Program-made: the position numbers and the translations under genes
The notes under the pieces: generated by a model
What the model saw: only the letters and a program-made list of their open reading frames with translations
The model's database searches: none
What the model was told of the DNA's origin: nothing
Shown: in pieces, positions 25,470 to 37,430 of the stretch
Layout of the letters: the number at the start of each line of letters is the position of its first letter
Numbering within the stretch: the first letter of the stretch is position 1
DNA from: Mobula hypostoma
Lineage: Eukaryota
Assembly (NCBI RefSeq): GCF_963921235.1
Contig: NC_086108.1
Span: 91,328,001 to 91,392,000 of the forward strand
DNA: 64,000 nt
Direction: 5' to 3'

Positions 25470-26960
25470 AAACAGGAGCTGGGATGAGTAGATCGGGTGT
25501 GGCTGTTATTGAGAAAGTCTTGTAAGAAGGAAAGACAAAAGTGGCGAGGTTGGGAAACCTTGGGTGAATAGAGACGTTGCAAATTTAGTCAAAAAGGAAA
25601 AGAAAATATTCGTAAGGTCTAAGAAGCTCAAATTACCTAGAGCCTTTCAGGAATATAAATGAGCCAAGTGTGAATCAGAAGGCTTATGAAATCTGTTTGG
25701 CGAGTTGGGTTAAAGAGGACGTGAGGAAAGCTTGATCAAGATAGGGCTGTTTCTCCTTTTAACAAAGGAACACAAGAGGTGACATGACAGAAGTGAATAA
25801 GATGATAAGAGGCATAGATAGAGTGGACAGCCAAAACCTTTATTCCAGGGAAGCAGTGGCTAATACAAGAGCACATTCTGTACAGTTAAAATGATTGAAG
25901 GAAAGTGTTGGGGAGATGTCAGAGATAGTTATTTTTTGCACAGAGACTGGCAAGTGCATGAAATGCACTGCTGAGGTCTGTGATAGAGGCTGATACATTA
26001 GAGACAGGTACAAAGAAACTTAGGCACATGGATGATAGAAAAATGGATGGCTACTGTATGTGGGAGGGTAGGGTTAGGTTGATCTTGGAGTAGGTTAAAA
26101 GGTCAGTACAACATTGTGGGCCAAAGGACCTATACTATGCTGTAGTGTTCCATGTTCCAAGTTTATTTTCACATTGCATCTATATAAAACTTTCCTTATT
26201 TGGAGTCTTGTGTGCAGTTCTGGTATCGAAGTCACATGAAAGATTTGAAGACTTTGGAGAAGGTGCAAAAAGAGGTTCACCGGGATGTTTCGTGGATTAC
26301 AGAACATTAGAAATGAGGAGAGGTGGACAAACCTGGATTGTTTCTTCTGCAGCGTCAGAGGCTGAGGAGCAAACCGATGGAAGTATATAAAATATGGTAG
26401 CGCAGTGTGCCGCTATTGCAGTTCAGGGTGTAGGAGTTCAGAATTCAATTCTGGCATCCTCTGTAAGAAAGTTTGTACACTCCTCCCATATGCACGCAAG
26501 TTTTCTCTGGGTGCATCAGGTTCCTCTCACAGTTCAAAGACATACTGCTTAGTAGGTTAATTGGTCATTGTAAAATTGTCCCGTGATTAGGCTAGAGTTA
26601 ATAGGGTTAAATCAGTAGGTTGCTAGGCCAGAAGGGCCTGTTCTGTGCTCTATCTTGAAATAAAATAAAAAAATAAAATAAAATAATGTGAGACATAACC
26701 AGCATAAGTAGTCAAGATGAAAATGTCAAAAGATTAGGGAGGTGAAAGGGGAAAGTTTAAAGGATAGCATGTGCCTGGAATGTGCTGCCATGGGAAGAGG
26801 CGGAATCAGCTATGATTGCAATATTTAAGAAGCATTTACACAGGGAATGGAGCGACACAGAACCACATGCAGGCTGATGAATTCAGTCTGGATTCACCTC
26901 AAGGCCAGCACAGACATCATTAGCCAAAGAGCCAGTTTCTGGGCTGTACTCTTCTATGTT
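25470..26960 (+). mobile_element. Cluster of decayed CR1 3' fragments with a nested V-SINE (26396-26685)
   Basis: Remnants of IRGIDRVDSQ, FFTQR and CVQFW motifs; CR1 tails (GGGCCAAAGGACCT..TGCTGTAGTGTTCCATGTTC). Confidence 0.75.
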
Positions 26961-27054
26961 GTATGTTCAATATTGTATATCCCTAATTATCACTGAAATG
27001 AGGAGACAGTTAATAGTCAAATACAAAAGTTGTTCTAATGCCACATAAAATATA

Positions 27055-27252
27055 AAGCAACACACACAGAATGCCAGAGGAACACAGTAAGTCAAGCAGC
27101 ATCTATGGAAAAGAGTTTAGGCCAAGGGTCTCGGCTCAAACTTTGACTGTTTACCCTTTTCCATAGATGCTGCCTGAGCTGCTGCGTACCTCTGGCATTC
27201 TGCATATGTTGCTTTAGATTTCCAGCATCTGCAGACTTTCTCATGTTTGTGA
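27055..27252. mobile_element. Fold-back Penelope-derived element
   Basis: AAAGCAACACACACAGAATGCCAGAGG..GCAGCATCTATGGAAAAG is inverted against CTTTTCCATAGATGCTGC..CCTCTGGCATTCTGCATATGTTGCTTT; the centre holds an AAGGGTCTCGGCTCAAAC hammerhead remnant. Confidence 0.75.
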
Positions 27253-27663
27253 TTTACTACTCCCCATATAACCCTGATTGGGTAAGAATAACTGATTCCA
27301 TTCTCCAAGCATTAATGACAGGGGTGCAGTGCTGCTGGAGCTCTCTGGAGCACTGCTCCGGCACCTCTGTAAAAAACAATCAAAATAAACAGGTGGGGAA
27401 TTTAACAGCAGCGGCATATTAAATAGAGGGAATTTTACAGAAGCGGGGATTGGGGAGAGGGGGTGGTGGCCTGTGGGGAAAATACCACTAATAACATTAG
27501 GATATTTGATCATTTTTGGTGAAATCCTGGAGCCGTGACTGTTTTTTTATTTTGGTATTTGTGAAATTCCCCCTCGCTCGACCCGTTGTCCCAGCATGCC
27601 CTGCTGTAGCCTCCCGCCATTTCACCGATCCTCAGTCTCTCTCCGGCACTCGTTGTTTGAGCA

Positions 27664-29535
27664 TTGTTTGCCGCGAAAATAAAAATCTTAGATCTTTTGA
27701 AAAGTGGCACGTTGCCTGCCGAAGTGGGCCATAAGGTCGGTAAGAACGAATCGAGCATTTGCACAATAAAGCAGAAAGAAGCTGAAATTCGTGGAAGTGT
27801 TAGTGCTACCCCTACAACGGCAAAAATGGTCTCTCTGGTTCGTTCAATTTTTCGTTCTGCATATTATTTAGCTCAGAATGACAGACCATACTCTGATCAC
27901 TTTGGCTTATTGGAACTTCAAAAAAATGGTATTGGCATTGAATTGGACTGCATTCCCACACTAGTGCTACAGAGATAATTAATCACGTAGCCATTAATAT
28001 GAAAAAGAAAATTTGCCAGCATATCAAGCAGATAAATAGCAAATTTTCTGTTCTCATTGATGAATCAACAAGCCTGAGCATTAAGACTGCCCTAATAGTT
28101 CATTTGAAATGTGGGAGTAATAAGGAAGGTGATCCCCATTTTATGTTTTTAGATCTAATTGAACTGCCTGATCAGAAAGCTGCAACTATTGCTAAGCATC
28201 TATTGAACTGTCTCAATAACCATGGGTTTGATGACTCTTACTTGAAACAGAACCTTGTAGCATTTGCTAGTGATGGGGCGAGCGTAATGCTTGGTGTCAA
28301 ATCCGGTGTTGCTACAATTCTCAAGGAACATTACCCTGATGTGATAATTTGGCACTGTCTTAATCACAGAGTAGAACTTGCAGTAGGTGATTCGGTGAGA
28401 GAAGTTCACGGAATAAATCATTTTCAATCATTTATGGACAAATTGTACTCCATTTACAGTAGATTACCTCTAAATCAAAAGGAACTTTCTGAATGTGCCT
28501 CTCAACTAGAACAACAAATTTGCAAAATAGGCTGTGTTCTGGGCACCAGGTGGGTAGCTAGCTCGTTTCGAACAGTTTCAGCAGTCTGACAAAATTATGA
28601 AGCACTGTGTTTTCATTTTGAAAAAGCAATGAAGGATGAAACAAGATCTGGGAGTGACAGATAAACCTATGAAGGTCTGTTGAAAAGATTCTCTTCAGAA
28701 CAGTCTCTATTGGACTTAGCTCTAATGTATGACACGTTGCATGAACTTGGTTTACTGTCAGAGCGTTTACAGAAACGCACTACTACGATTTTTTATGCAG
28801 ACAAACTGATCCAATGGAGCATAAGATCACTGCATGGACTGAAAGAGCAACCTGGTACAAAAACTCTAGAAGCTCAAGAGGCAGTTGAAAAGCAGAAGTT
28901 TGGAGAAATTACCTTAACAAGCAACAACAAAATTGTCTCCATTAATTATCTAAAGTTTCTTACTAGTCTTATAAACAAATTGCAGCACCGTATGTTCATG
29001 GCAACATCCTTGAAAGGTTCTCAAACTTCTAAACCTCAAGGTATGTATAAATCCCTGCTAAATCAAATGTGTGTCCTTTATAAAGATAACTGGCCTGCTG
29101 AAATACTGCCTAATTATGGAGAAGCTGCAATATCATCTCTCTGTAAGAGGTTTAAGCTTTCCTCTTCCTCTCTAATAAATGCCTTCAGAGATTATGTGGA
29201 GGATCGTGGATGCCGCATCCCCCAAGACTTACACCCATTACTGAGCTGTTCACAAGCTATTCCTGTTAGTACTGCTGAGTGTGAGAGAGGATTCAGTCAT
29301 ATGAATTTGATAATAACAACACGCTCAAGGATTCTCATATATCTATGTATCAGTGCTTATGTTTGTTAAACTACACAGACCTCCTCTAGTTCAGTGGAAT
29401 CCTGAGCCGTATGTCACATCATTGCTGCGGTACCACAGATCAGCAGATGACACCAGGACAAGAGTTGCTTCAGACCCCAAACACACATTACGCCAGACCC
29501 TTTGTGGACGTCATTTTGAAACTTCTCATTGGTAG
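27664..29535 (+). pseudogene. Disrupted KIAA1586-like hAT transposase with a Tigger/pogo-type N-terminal HTH
   Basis: hAT motifs IDEST, SDGASVMLG, WHCLNHR, TRW and STAECERGFS; frameshifts near 27945 and 29345; TGA at 28587-28589 where Trp is expected. The first ~60 codons (KIKILDLLKSG..GKNESSICTIKQKEAEIRGS..TAKMVSLVR) resemble Tigger transposase. Confidence 0.88.
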
Positions 29536-29824
29536 CATTTGGTAAGTAGGTAATTAGCTTTAAATTGGTAAAATACATGATCACCATCTTTTTCTTTACT
29601 TGCTTGATAATTATATTTTATGATCATTAGTGAGTGCAACTGTGCAATACTTCGTCATATTATTAAATTAAATATATGTTTTATCGTACCAGTTATACAC
29701 TGAAATGTAGTGATGGGCTATAATCTTGTTAATGTCTGAACTATCACTATATTTCTGTGGAGCTCTGGAATTCATATATTTCTTTCACTTTGGTTTAGTG
29801 CTTGACATTATAAGAAACCCTATT

Positions 29825-29929
29825 CATATATCAATATCCCAATTTGTGTACCTGCTCATTACATGAATGGGGCAAGGAAGTTGCCCAGTACATGAAATGA
29901 GCAGGTACACAAATTGGATGTGACATATG
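29825..29929. repeat. Long inverted repeat (hairpin) in the hAT 3' subterminal region
   Basis: Perfect 22-bp arms at 29839-29860 and 29896-29917 (CCAATTTGTGTACCTGCTCATT); imperfect pairing extends inward to a GGAAG loop and outward. Confidence 0.9.
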
Positions 29930-30016
29930 TATAGAGAGGATATAGGAAATGGGAGGCATTTTGTCAGCTCCGGCACCTGAAAAATTAGCACTACACCCCT
30001 GATTAATGAACCGGAA

Positions 30017-30232
30017 ATCACAAATGCGAGAGATTCCACAGATGCTGGAAATCCAAGCACATAGAAAATGCTAAAGGAACTCATCAGGTCAGGCAGCATC
30101 TATAGATAGGAACAAAGATTCAACCATTACGGGATGAGACCAGATGAAGGGCCTTGGCTCAGAACATTGACTCTTTAGTCCTTTCCATAGATGCCGCCTG
30201 AAGTGCTGAGTTTGTCCAGCATTTTGTGTGCT
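30017..30232. mobile_element. Fold-back Penelope-derived element, decayed
   Basis: Left arm AAAATGCTAAAGGAACTCATCAGGTCAGGCAGCATCTAT, right arm ATAGATGCCGCCTGAAGTGCTGAGTTTGTCCAGCATTTT, centre CAGATGAAGGGCCTTGGCTCAGAACATTGACT. Confidence 0.7.
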
Positions 30233-30669
30233 TTATTAATGAACTAGATGATCTTTTTTAATGAGAATCATCTAATTTCTGTTAATGAGATAAGCTTTTG
30301 TTAAAATTCTGTATTTATTTAGTTAGCTGATATATTAATTAGAATGTTAACTAATGCACAGATTAATTCAATTAATTCAAGCCTAATGTACATTATTTTT
30401 GACAGACCCCCTTCAGCACTCACACTTTGAAGATTTGTTAAATAAGAACAACCTAAAAAGTTAGTGAATCAATGTAACAGACAAAGACAGATGAGACCAG
30501 GAATGACTTTGTTTCATTCCAAAGTTATAGAACTTCTGTACTTCAAGGATAGATTCTCCTTAAGAATTGTAATATTGGAGTGTGTACAAATTGTGGGGAA
30601 TTTCTTAAACAAGAATAATTATAATTTATGTTAATATGGCAATCAATATTATACATTAGAGTGATTAGA

Positions 30670-31580
30670 GCATAGAACCAAAATTAGGCGATTCAGCCTA
30701 TCAAGTCTGACTTTCTATCATGCTTGAATTATTATCCCTCTCAGCTGCACTCATCTGCCTTCTCCCCATAACCTTTGATGCCTTTACTAACTGAGAACCT
30801 ATCAACTTCCGCTTTAATGACTTGGCCTCCACAGTCATCCATGGCAATGAATGCCAGAGATTCACCACTTTCTGACTGAAGAAATACTTTTTCATCTCTG
30901 TTCTGAAGGGGCATCTTTGTACTTTGAGGCTGTGCCCTCTAGTCCTAGACTGCCCGACTACAGGAAACAGCCTCTTCACATCCACTCTATCCAGGCCTCA
31001 GAAAACAAGGATGTCCCTTTAGAACAGAGACGAGAAGGAATTGTTTTAGTCAGAGGGTGGTGAATCTGTAGAATTACTCAGTCTGAAGAAATTTAAAGAT
31101 ATCTAGAGAAAAATGGTCAACAATTTTTCTTAGATAAGTTGTCCAAAATTGCTCACAACACTCCAAATGCGGTCTGACCAATGCCTTATGGCAGCCTTGC
31201 TCTTATATTCCAGTCCTTTCGAAATGATTTTGTATTTGCCACCTTACCACCAACTCAACCTGCAAATTAACCTTTCAGGAGAGTCTAAGACCAGAGAATA
31301 CAAGAATAAACCTTCAGAACAGAAGTGAGGAGCAATTTCTTTTGTCAGAGAGTGGTGAATCTGTGGAATTCATTGCCACAAGCGGCTGTGGAGGTCAAGT
31401 CATTGACTATATTTAAAGTGGAGGTTGATAGGTTTTTGATTTGTAATGGAATCAAAAGTTACAGGGAGAAGGCAGGAGAATGGGATTGAGAGGGATAATA
31501 AATCAGCCATGATGGAATGGCAGAGCAGACTCAATAGGCTGAATAGCTGAATTCTGCTCATAAGTCTTATGGTTTCATAT
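30670..31580. mobile_element. Rearranged CR1 3' fragments in alternating orientation
   Basis: Minus-strand ORF 30701-30985 (SRTRGHSLK..FFSQKVVNLW); the same region recurs on the plus strand at ~31000-31075 and 31280-31580. Confidence 0.8.
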
Positions 31581-31663
31581 CTAAGATTCAAGATTTTTTA
31601 ATGTCATTTCCTGTACACGAGTGTAAAGATAATGAAATAATTGTGACTCCAGATCCAATGCAG

Positions 31664-31882
31664 CAGGGGTCCCCAATTTTTTTTGCACCGCGGACCAGTT
31701 TAATATTGACGATATTCTTGCGGACCTGCCATCGGAGGGGGGGGTGGGAGGTGTTCAAGTTCAAGCGTAACACGGAATGAGGAAAGGTGCAGCTGACGCA
31801 TATTGTTTCATATCGCCAAATCATATCGTTTCCTCGCGGCCTGGAAGCACATGCTTTACGGCCCAGTGGTTGGGGACCACTG
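31664..31882. mobile_element. hAT (Charlie-like) MITE
   Basis: TIRs CAGGGGTCCCCAA / TTGGGGACCACTG; 8-bp TSD CAATGCAG (31656-31663) and CAATACAG (31883-31890). Confidence 0.88.
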
Positions 31883-32194
31883 CAATACAGTACAAAAAAA
31901 AATCAGAAAAGATAAAGAACACAATATTAATACAAAAATACATAAAATAGCTTGTGTACAGAGATTAATTGTATGTCTATAAAATGACACTAGACTGTAC
32001 AGGATATAATGAAGTAGTGGTGGAGATAGTGGGTGGAGGTGTTGATCAGCCTTGTTGTTTGGAAGAAGTAAGTTTTTGAGTTTGGTGGTCTTCGAGTAGA
32101 TACAATGTAGCCTCCTCCCTGATGGAAGTGGGAGTACTGTTCCATCTACTTATACCCACCTCACCATCCCCTTCCACTCTTCGTCAACTGTGTG

Positions 32195-33122
32195 TACAGC
32201 ACAGTACAGGCCCTTCGGCCCACAATGTTGTGCCGACCTTCAAACCCTGCCTCCCATGTAAACCCCCACCTTAAATCCTTCCATATACCTGTCCAGTAGT
32301 CTCTTAAACTTCACTAGTGTATCTGCCTCCACCACTGACTCAGGCAGGGTATTCCAGGCACCAACCGCTCCCTGAGTAAAAATCCTTCCTCTAATATCCC
32401 CTTTGAACTTCCCATCCCTATCCTTAAAGCCATGTCCTCTTGTATTGAGCAGTGGTGCCCTGGGGAAGAGGCGCTGGCTATCCACTCTATCTATTCCTCT
32501 TATTATCTTGTACACATCTATCATGTCTCCTCTCATCCTCCTTCTCTCCAAAGAGTAAAGCCCTAGCTCCCTTAATTTCTGATCATAATGCATACTCTCT
32601 AAGCCAGGCAGCATCCTGGTAAATCTCCTCTGTACCCTTTACAATGCTTCCACATCCTTCCTATAGTGAGGTGACCAGAACTGGACACAGTACTCCAAGT
32701 GTGGCCTAACCAGAGTTTTATAGAACTGCATCATTTCATCACGACTCTTAAACTCTGTGCCTCGACTTATGAAAGCTAACACCCCATAAGTTTTCTTAAC
32801 TACCCTATCCACCTGTGAGGCAACTTTCAGGGATCTGTGGACATGTACCCCCAGATCCCTCTGCTCCTCCACACTACCAAGTATCCTGCCATTGACTTTG
32901 TACTCTGCCTTGGAGTTTGTCCTTCCAAAGTGTACCACCTCACACTTCTCCGGGTGAAACTCCATCTGCCACTTCTCAGCCCACTTCTGCATCCTATCAA
33001 TGTCACTCTGCAATCTGCGACAATCTTCTACACTATCTACAACACCACCAACCTTTGTGTCGTCTGCAAAGTTGCCAACCCACCCTTCTACCCCCACATC
33101 CAGGTCGTTAATAAAAATCACG
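32195..33122 (-). mobile_element. 5'-truncated CR1 LINE
   Basis: ORFs 32639-33145 (FINDLD..FADDTK..LEYCVQFW) and 32240-32614; tail ACAGCACAGTACAGGCCCTTCGGCCC. Confidence 0.95.
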
Positions 33123-33944
33123 AAATCACAATTATAAACGGACAATCTTTTCTGTTCCCTTTATGTCTTGGTGCAGAGCCTCAACCCAAAGTATCAATTT
33201 ACACCTTTTGCCACCACAAATACTGCTTGCCCCGCTGAGTCCTTCCTGCATTCTTTTATTGTATGCGGTTGTTTTCATCAGGGTTTTATAAAGTTCTTCA
33301 TGAATTTTTTAGCCTTCTACTATGTGCCTGTATTATAAGCCCAGGATCCTCTATGCTTTTCCGGTCATTTTCTCAATCAGCCATTTCAATGCAGTATGTG
33401 CACATAAACCCAGGTCTCCGTGTTCATGTAGTCATATTAGAATTATATCTTCCAGTTCCTATTGACTTTTCTCACCAATTGTAGCAAGGCATCATCTGTC
33501 AACCTTGCTGCACCTGTTCAGTTTCTTGCTCATCCAGAATCACAATTACAAGTTCCTTTTTGAAAATTGGAGTCAGTAGCAGTGGACAACTCAGTTCCTC
33601 AAACATGATTCATTATTCAACACAATCGTGGCTAATCTGACTGCATCATCAGCTCTGCATTCTACCTCCTACTCAGTAAAATTTTTATACCTACTTGCAT
33701 ATCAGGAATCAACCTCCTACTTCTAAATATTCAGTAACTGCTTCAACCACCCTTAGAAGAAGTCAGTCTATGACTTTTGAAACTAATTATTTTAACTTAT
33801 CTCTGTTAAAATGGAAACACTTAAGATTATGCTACAATCTTTAGTCATTAATTGTATTTTTTTTATATATGAAGAAGCATTCAGTCTAGATCCACCTGGC
33901 TGAAGTTTTTTGATGTTTCAAACAAGCCTTTCCGAACTTTCAGA

Positions 33945-34085
33945 CGAGGAAATCTGCAGATGCTGGAATTTCAAGCAACACACATAAAAGTTGCTGGTGA
34001 ACGCAGCAGGCCAGGCAGCATCTCTAGGAAGAGGTACAGTCGACGTTTCAGGCCGAGACCCTTCGTCAGGACTAACTGAAAAAAG
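33945..34085 (-). mobile_element. Short Penelope-derived element, best-preserved copy
   Basis: Retains CpGs and contains the intact hammerhead motif; homologous to the 3' end of the GIY-YIG-coding fragment at 59262-60330. Confidence 0.85.
34038..34073 (-). ncRNA. Minimal type I hammerhead ribozyme motif (Penelope-associated)
   Basis: Minus-strand RNA: AGUC-CUGACGA-AGGGUCUCGGCCU-GAAAC-GUC^-GACU. Helix I is AGUC/GACU, the CUGANGA and GAAA cores are present, helix II can form, helix III is a loopless palindromic ACGU, and the cleavage triplet is GUC. Confidence 0.75.
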
Positions 34086-34714
34086 AAATAGTAAGAGCAT
34101 AGACTAAACTTTTATAGCTTGTTAGTTTGCTTTTTAAATCTTCCACTGAAAATCCTTCCAGTTTTACCTAGTCTTGTCTTGTATCTAGTTTTTCCTTCCT
34201 TATTAATCTCTTAGTCAATCTCTGATGAGATTCCAGTGGCATCTTCTTCCTCAGTAAAGAATGAAGTGATGTACTCAGTTAGTACTTCAGCTGTGTCTTC
34301 TGCCTTCAGAAGCAAGCTTCCATTTTGATCCTGTGTGCCATCCTTTCTTGTTCACATACCAAGAAGTGTTTTTGGATTCCTTTTTATGTTTTCTGTCAAT
34401 CTTCCTCGCCCGTTGAAACTTATCATGAAAAAAAAGATTTGAATTCCATAAGGGCCTCATGGGGATTGGATAAAAATTGCAAAAATTTTAAAGTCTCTAA
34501 TGACTTTAAATGTATATAAATGTATATACATTTATACATTGGAAATATTGAATAATTTTGAAATGATCATTTCAGGGGACATTTGAAGTGATTATGCATA
34601 TTTAATTATTAGAAGATGATAAATGTATATACATCAACTTTTCACACATCAAAGAAGGTCATTTGGCCTGTCAAGTTTATGCTAGGTCTCAGAGTAATAC
34701 CGTCACTCCATAGA

Positions 34715-35525
34715 CCGCCAGACCATAAGACATAGGAGCAGAATTAGGCCATTGGGCCCACTGAGTCTGCTTTGCCACACCATCATGGCTGATTTATTAT
34801 CTTTCTCATCCCCATTCTCCTGCTTTCTCCCCACTTTGATGCCTTTACTAATCAAATACACATCAACTTCTGCTTTAAATATACTCAAAGATACAGTGTG
34901 GAACAAGTCCTTCTGGGTCTTTTGAGCTGCGCTGCACAGCAACCCTTGATTTAACCCTGGCCTAATCATGGGACAATTTACAATGATCAACTAAAGTACC
35001 AACCAGTACATCTTTGGACTGTCAGAGGAAACCCAAGTGGTCAGATGGAGAACATACAAACTCGTTACAGACAGTGGGTATTGAACCACAGACATCTGTG
35101 GCAATGAGTTCCACAGATCCACCACCCTCTGGCAAAAGAAGTTCCTCCTCACCTCTGTTTGTTGTTGTTCCTCTCCTCACCTTGAGGTGCACCAAGTGAC
35201 AACCTTGCCATTTCTTTGGTATTTGTCTGTGTTTATTTTTACAAGGCCAGGTTGCTAGCTCAGCGGGTATGGAAACATGTGCAAGGAGCCAGCTGGATGG
35301 AACCCAGGACCACTTGCCTCAAAGTGTGTATAGCTGTTCTCAAGGTACATCCTTCTATTCTGAGGATGTGCTAGTCTCCCCCAGTTTTGGAAATATTCTC
35401 TCCACATCCACTCTGTCTAGGCCTTGCAATATTCAATAGGTTTCAATGAGATCAGCCCTCATTCTTTTAAACTCCAGTGAGTACAGGCCCAGAGCCATTC
35501 AATGTTCTTCACATGTTAACTCTTT
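34715..35525 (-). mobile_element. CR1 3' fragment with two nested SINEs
   Basis: Tail AGACCATAAGACATAGGAGCAGAATTAGGCC; CR1 resumes at ~35095 and ~35335 around inserts at 34890-35090 and 35160-35330. Confidence 0.75.
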
Positions 35526-36769
35526 TCTCACCTGTTCCCCTTTAAACTAATCACTCTCATCTACCTGCTGAGTCAATTCCCCACTGATTCTCCCGTCACC
35601 TACCCATCTACATTTGGGGAACTTCCCCTCAAATGCTCTGTATTCTTCCCGATTCCCAATTAGTCTACTTACAGTATGTTCTTGGGAACTTTAACCCAAT
35701 CTCCATCAGACCCTTGTGGAATTCAATTCTTTACACAAGGAATTTCAAAGCATGAGAGAAGCTGAACAGAAAATATAGAAGGGAATACAAAATGTTCTCT
35801 TGGCATCTAATTGGAAAAATGGGAAAAGGGATCAAAAAGGAAAACATTTTTAAAATTTGAGTTATTTATTTATTAAGATACAGTGCAGAACAGGCCCTTC
35901 CAGTCCTTCAAGCTGCACTGGCCAGCAATCCCCCAATTTAACCCTCGCCTACTCATGGGACAAGTAACCTACCAGCCGGTATGTTTTTGAACTGTGGGAG
36001 GAAACCAGGGCACCCAGAGGAAACCCACGTGGTCAGAGGGAGAACGTACAAACTCATTACAGACAGTGGCGGGAATTGAACCCAGGTTTCCGCTAACCAC
36101 TACACTACCATGCCACACTACTATACGACTGTACCACTCTACTTACGGAAACACGCAGAGCTCGCTAGAGAAACCCACACAGTAACAGATACAGCTTGCA
36201 AACTCCACACCAACAGCATCCAAGTTCAGGATGCAGCCCCAATTGCTTGAGAATGACCAGAATTTAATCTTAAACGGTTGCCTTTCTTATTAAAATTTAT
36301 CTAGACGCTGCTTGTGTTTTCTGTTGCTTTAACCAGTTTTCCTTGTCAGAAAGGTAAAATGTATGTGAGATTAATAAGTTCTAAATACTTGGAAATAAAA
36401 TAAAATAAAAGATTAATGGAATACAGCACAAAATCATTTTCAAATTATTATGGCTCTGAAAATAACATAAGCAATTTGTAATGGAAAATATTGAATTATG
36501 TTTGAAATGAAAGATTTTGGCACATTCTGTTTTGACTTGGGCACTGATATAAAGAATGTGTATTCTAAATACTAGTTTCAATCTTAAATAATAAGTTGTA
36601 TTTCGTCTTCAATAAACTTGCTTTTTTTAAAGAAAAAATCGCTTTTATTTGCTCACAATTAATAATTGTTTTTATTCCAAAGGATGTGAATTGAACTATT
36701 TAATTCAGAATGGTTCCAGTTGGAACATTTTACTTAAGACACAGTTTAATTTTGGTGAATTGGTAAATT

Positions 36770-37430
36770 GAAAAATTGGTTCATTGTTGTCACATGCACT
36801 GCTGTACAGTGAAAAAATTGTCTCTATATAGGTAATTACCTCTTTATAGGTAATTTTATCACATCAGTGCATCGAGGTAGTGCAAAAGAAAAAAAGTAAC
36901 AGAGTGCAGAATGAAGTTACAGCAAAAGTGCAGATTGGGCAGACAATAAGCTGCAAAGCCATAACGAGGTAGAATGTCCGTTCGAGAGTCCATCTTATTG
37001 TACTAGGGGACTGTTCAATAGTCTGATAATAGTGGGATAGATTTGTCCTTGAGCCCAGTGGTACGTACTTTGAGGCTTTTGTATCTTCTGTCCGCTCTGT
37101 CCAATGAGAGGGGGGGAGAAGGGAGAATGACTGGGGTGGGTGGGGTCTTTGACTGTGTTGGTCACTTTCCCAAGGCAGCAAAAGGTATGGACAGAGTCCA
37201 GTCAGGGGAAGCTGGTTTCCACGTTGTGCTGACCTGTGTCCACAACTCTCACCACTTTCTTGTGGAGCGGTTGCCGTAGCAATCTGTGATGCATCTGCAC
37301 AGGATGCTTTCTAAGGTGCATCTACAAAAATTAATGAGGGTCGAAGGGGACATACCTTGTTCTGCTGACATGGAGGACAAGGTTGTTGCCATGACACCAT
37401 GCCACTAGCCTCTCTATTTCCTTCCCATAA
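36770..37430 (-). mobile_element. Rex1/Babar LINE 3' fragment
   Basis: GATGCTTTCTAAGGTGCATCTACAAAAATTAATGAGGG is the reverse of LINFCRCTLESIL; HPTPVILP..KYVP C-terminal remnant; 3' UTR. Confidence 0.75.

Larger units (their letters stand above)
27319..30001 (+). mobile_element. Complete hAT DNA transposon (2683 bp)
   Basis: 15-bp TIRs CAGGGGTGCAGTGCT / AGCACTACACCCCTG (1 mismatch); perfect 8-bp TSD ATTAATGA (27311-27318 and 30002-30009); subterminal GCTCCGGCACCT near both ends. Confidence 0.95.

Noticed and set aside
34509..34540. AT-rich palindrome AATGTATATAAATGTATATACATTTATACATT
   Set aside because: Short and low-complexity; easily produced by slippage.
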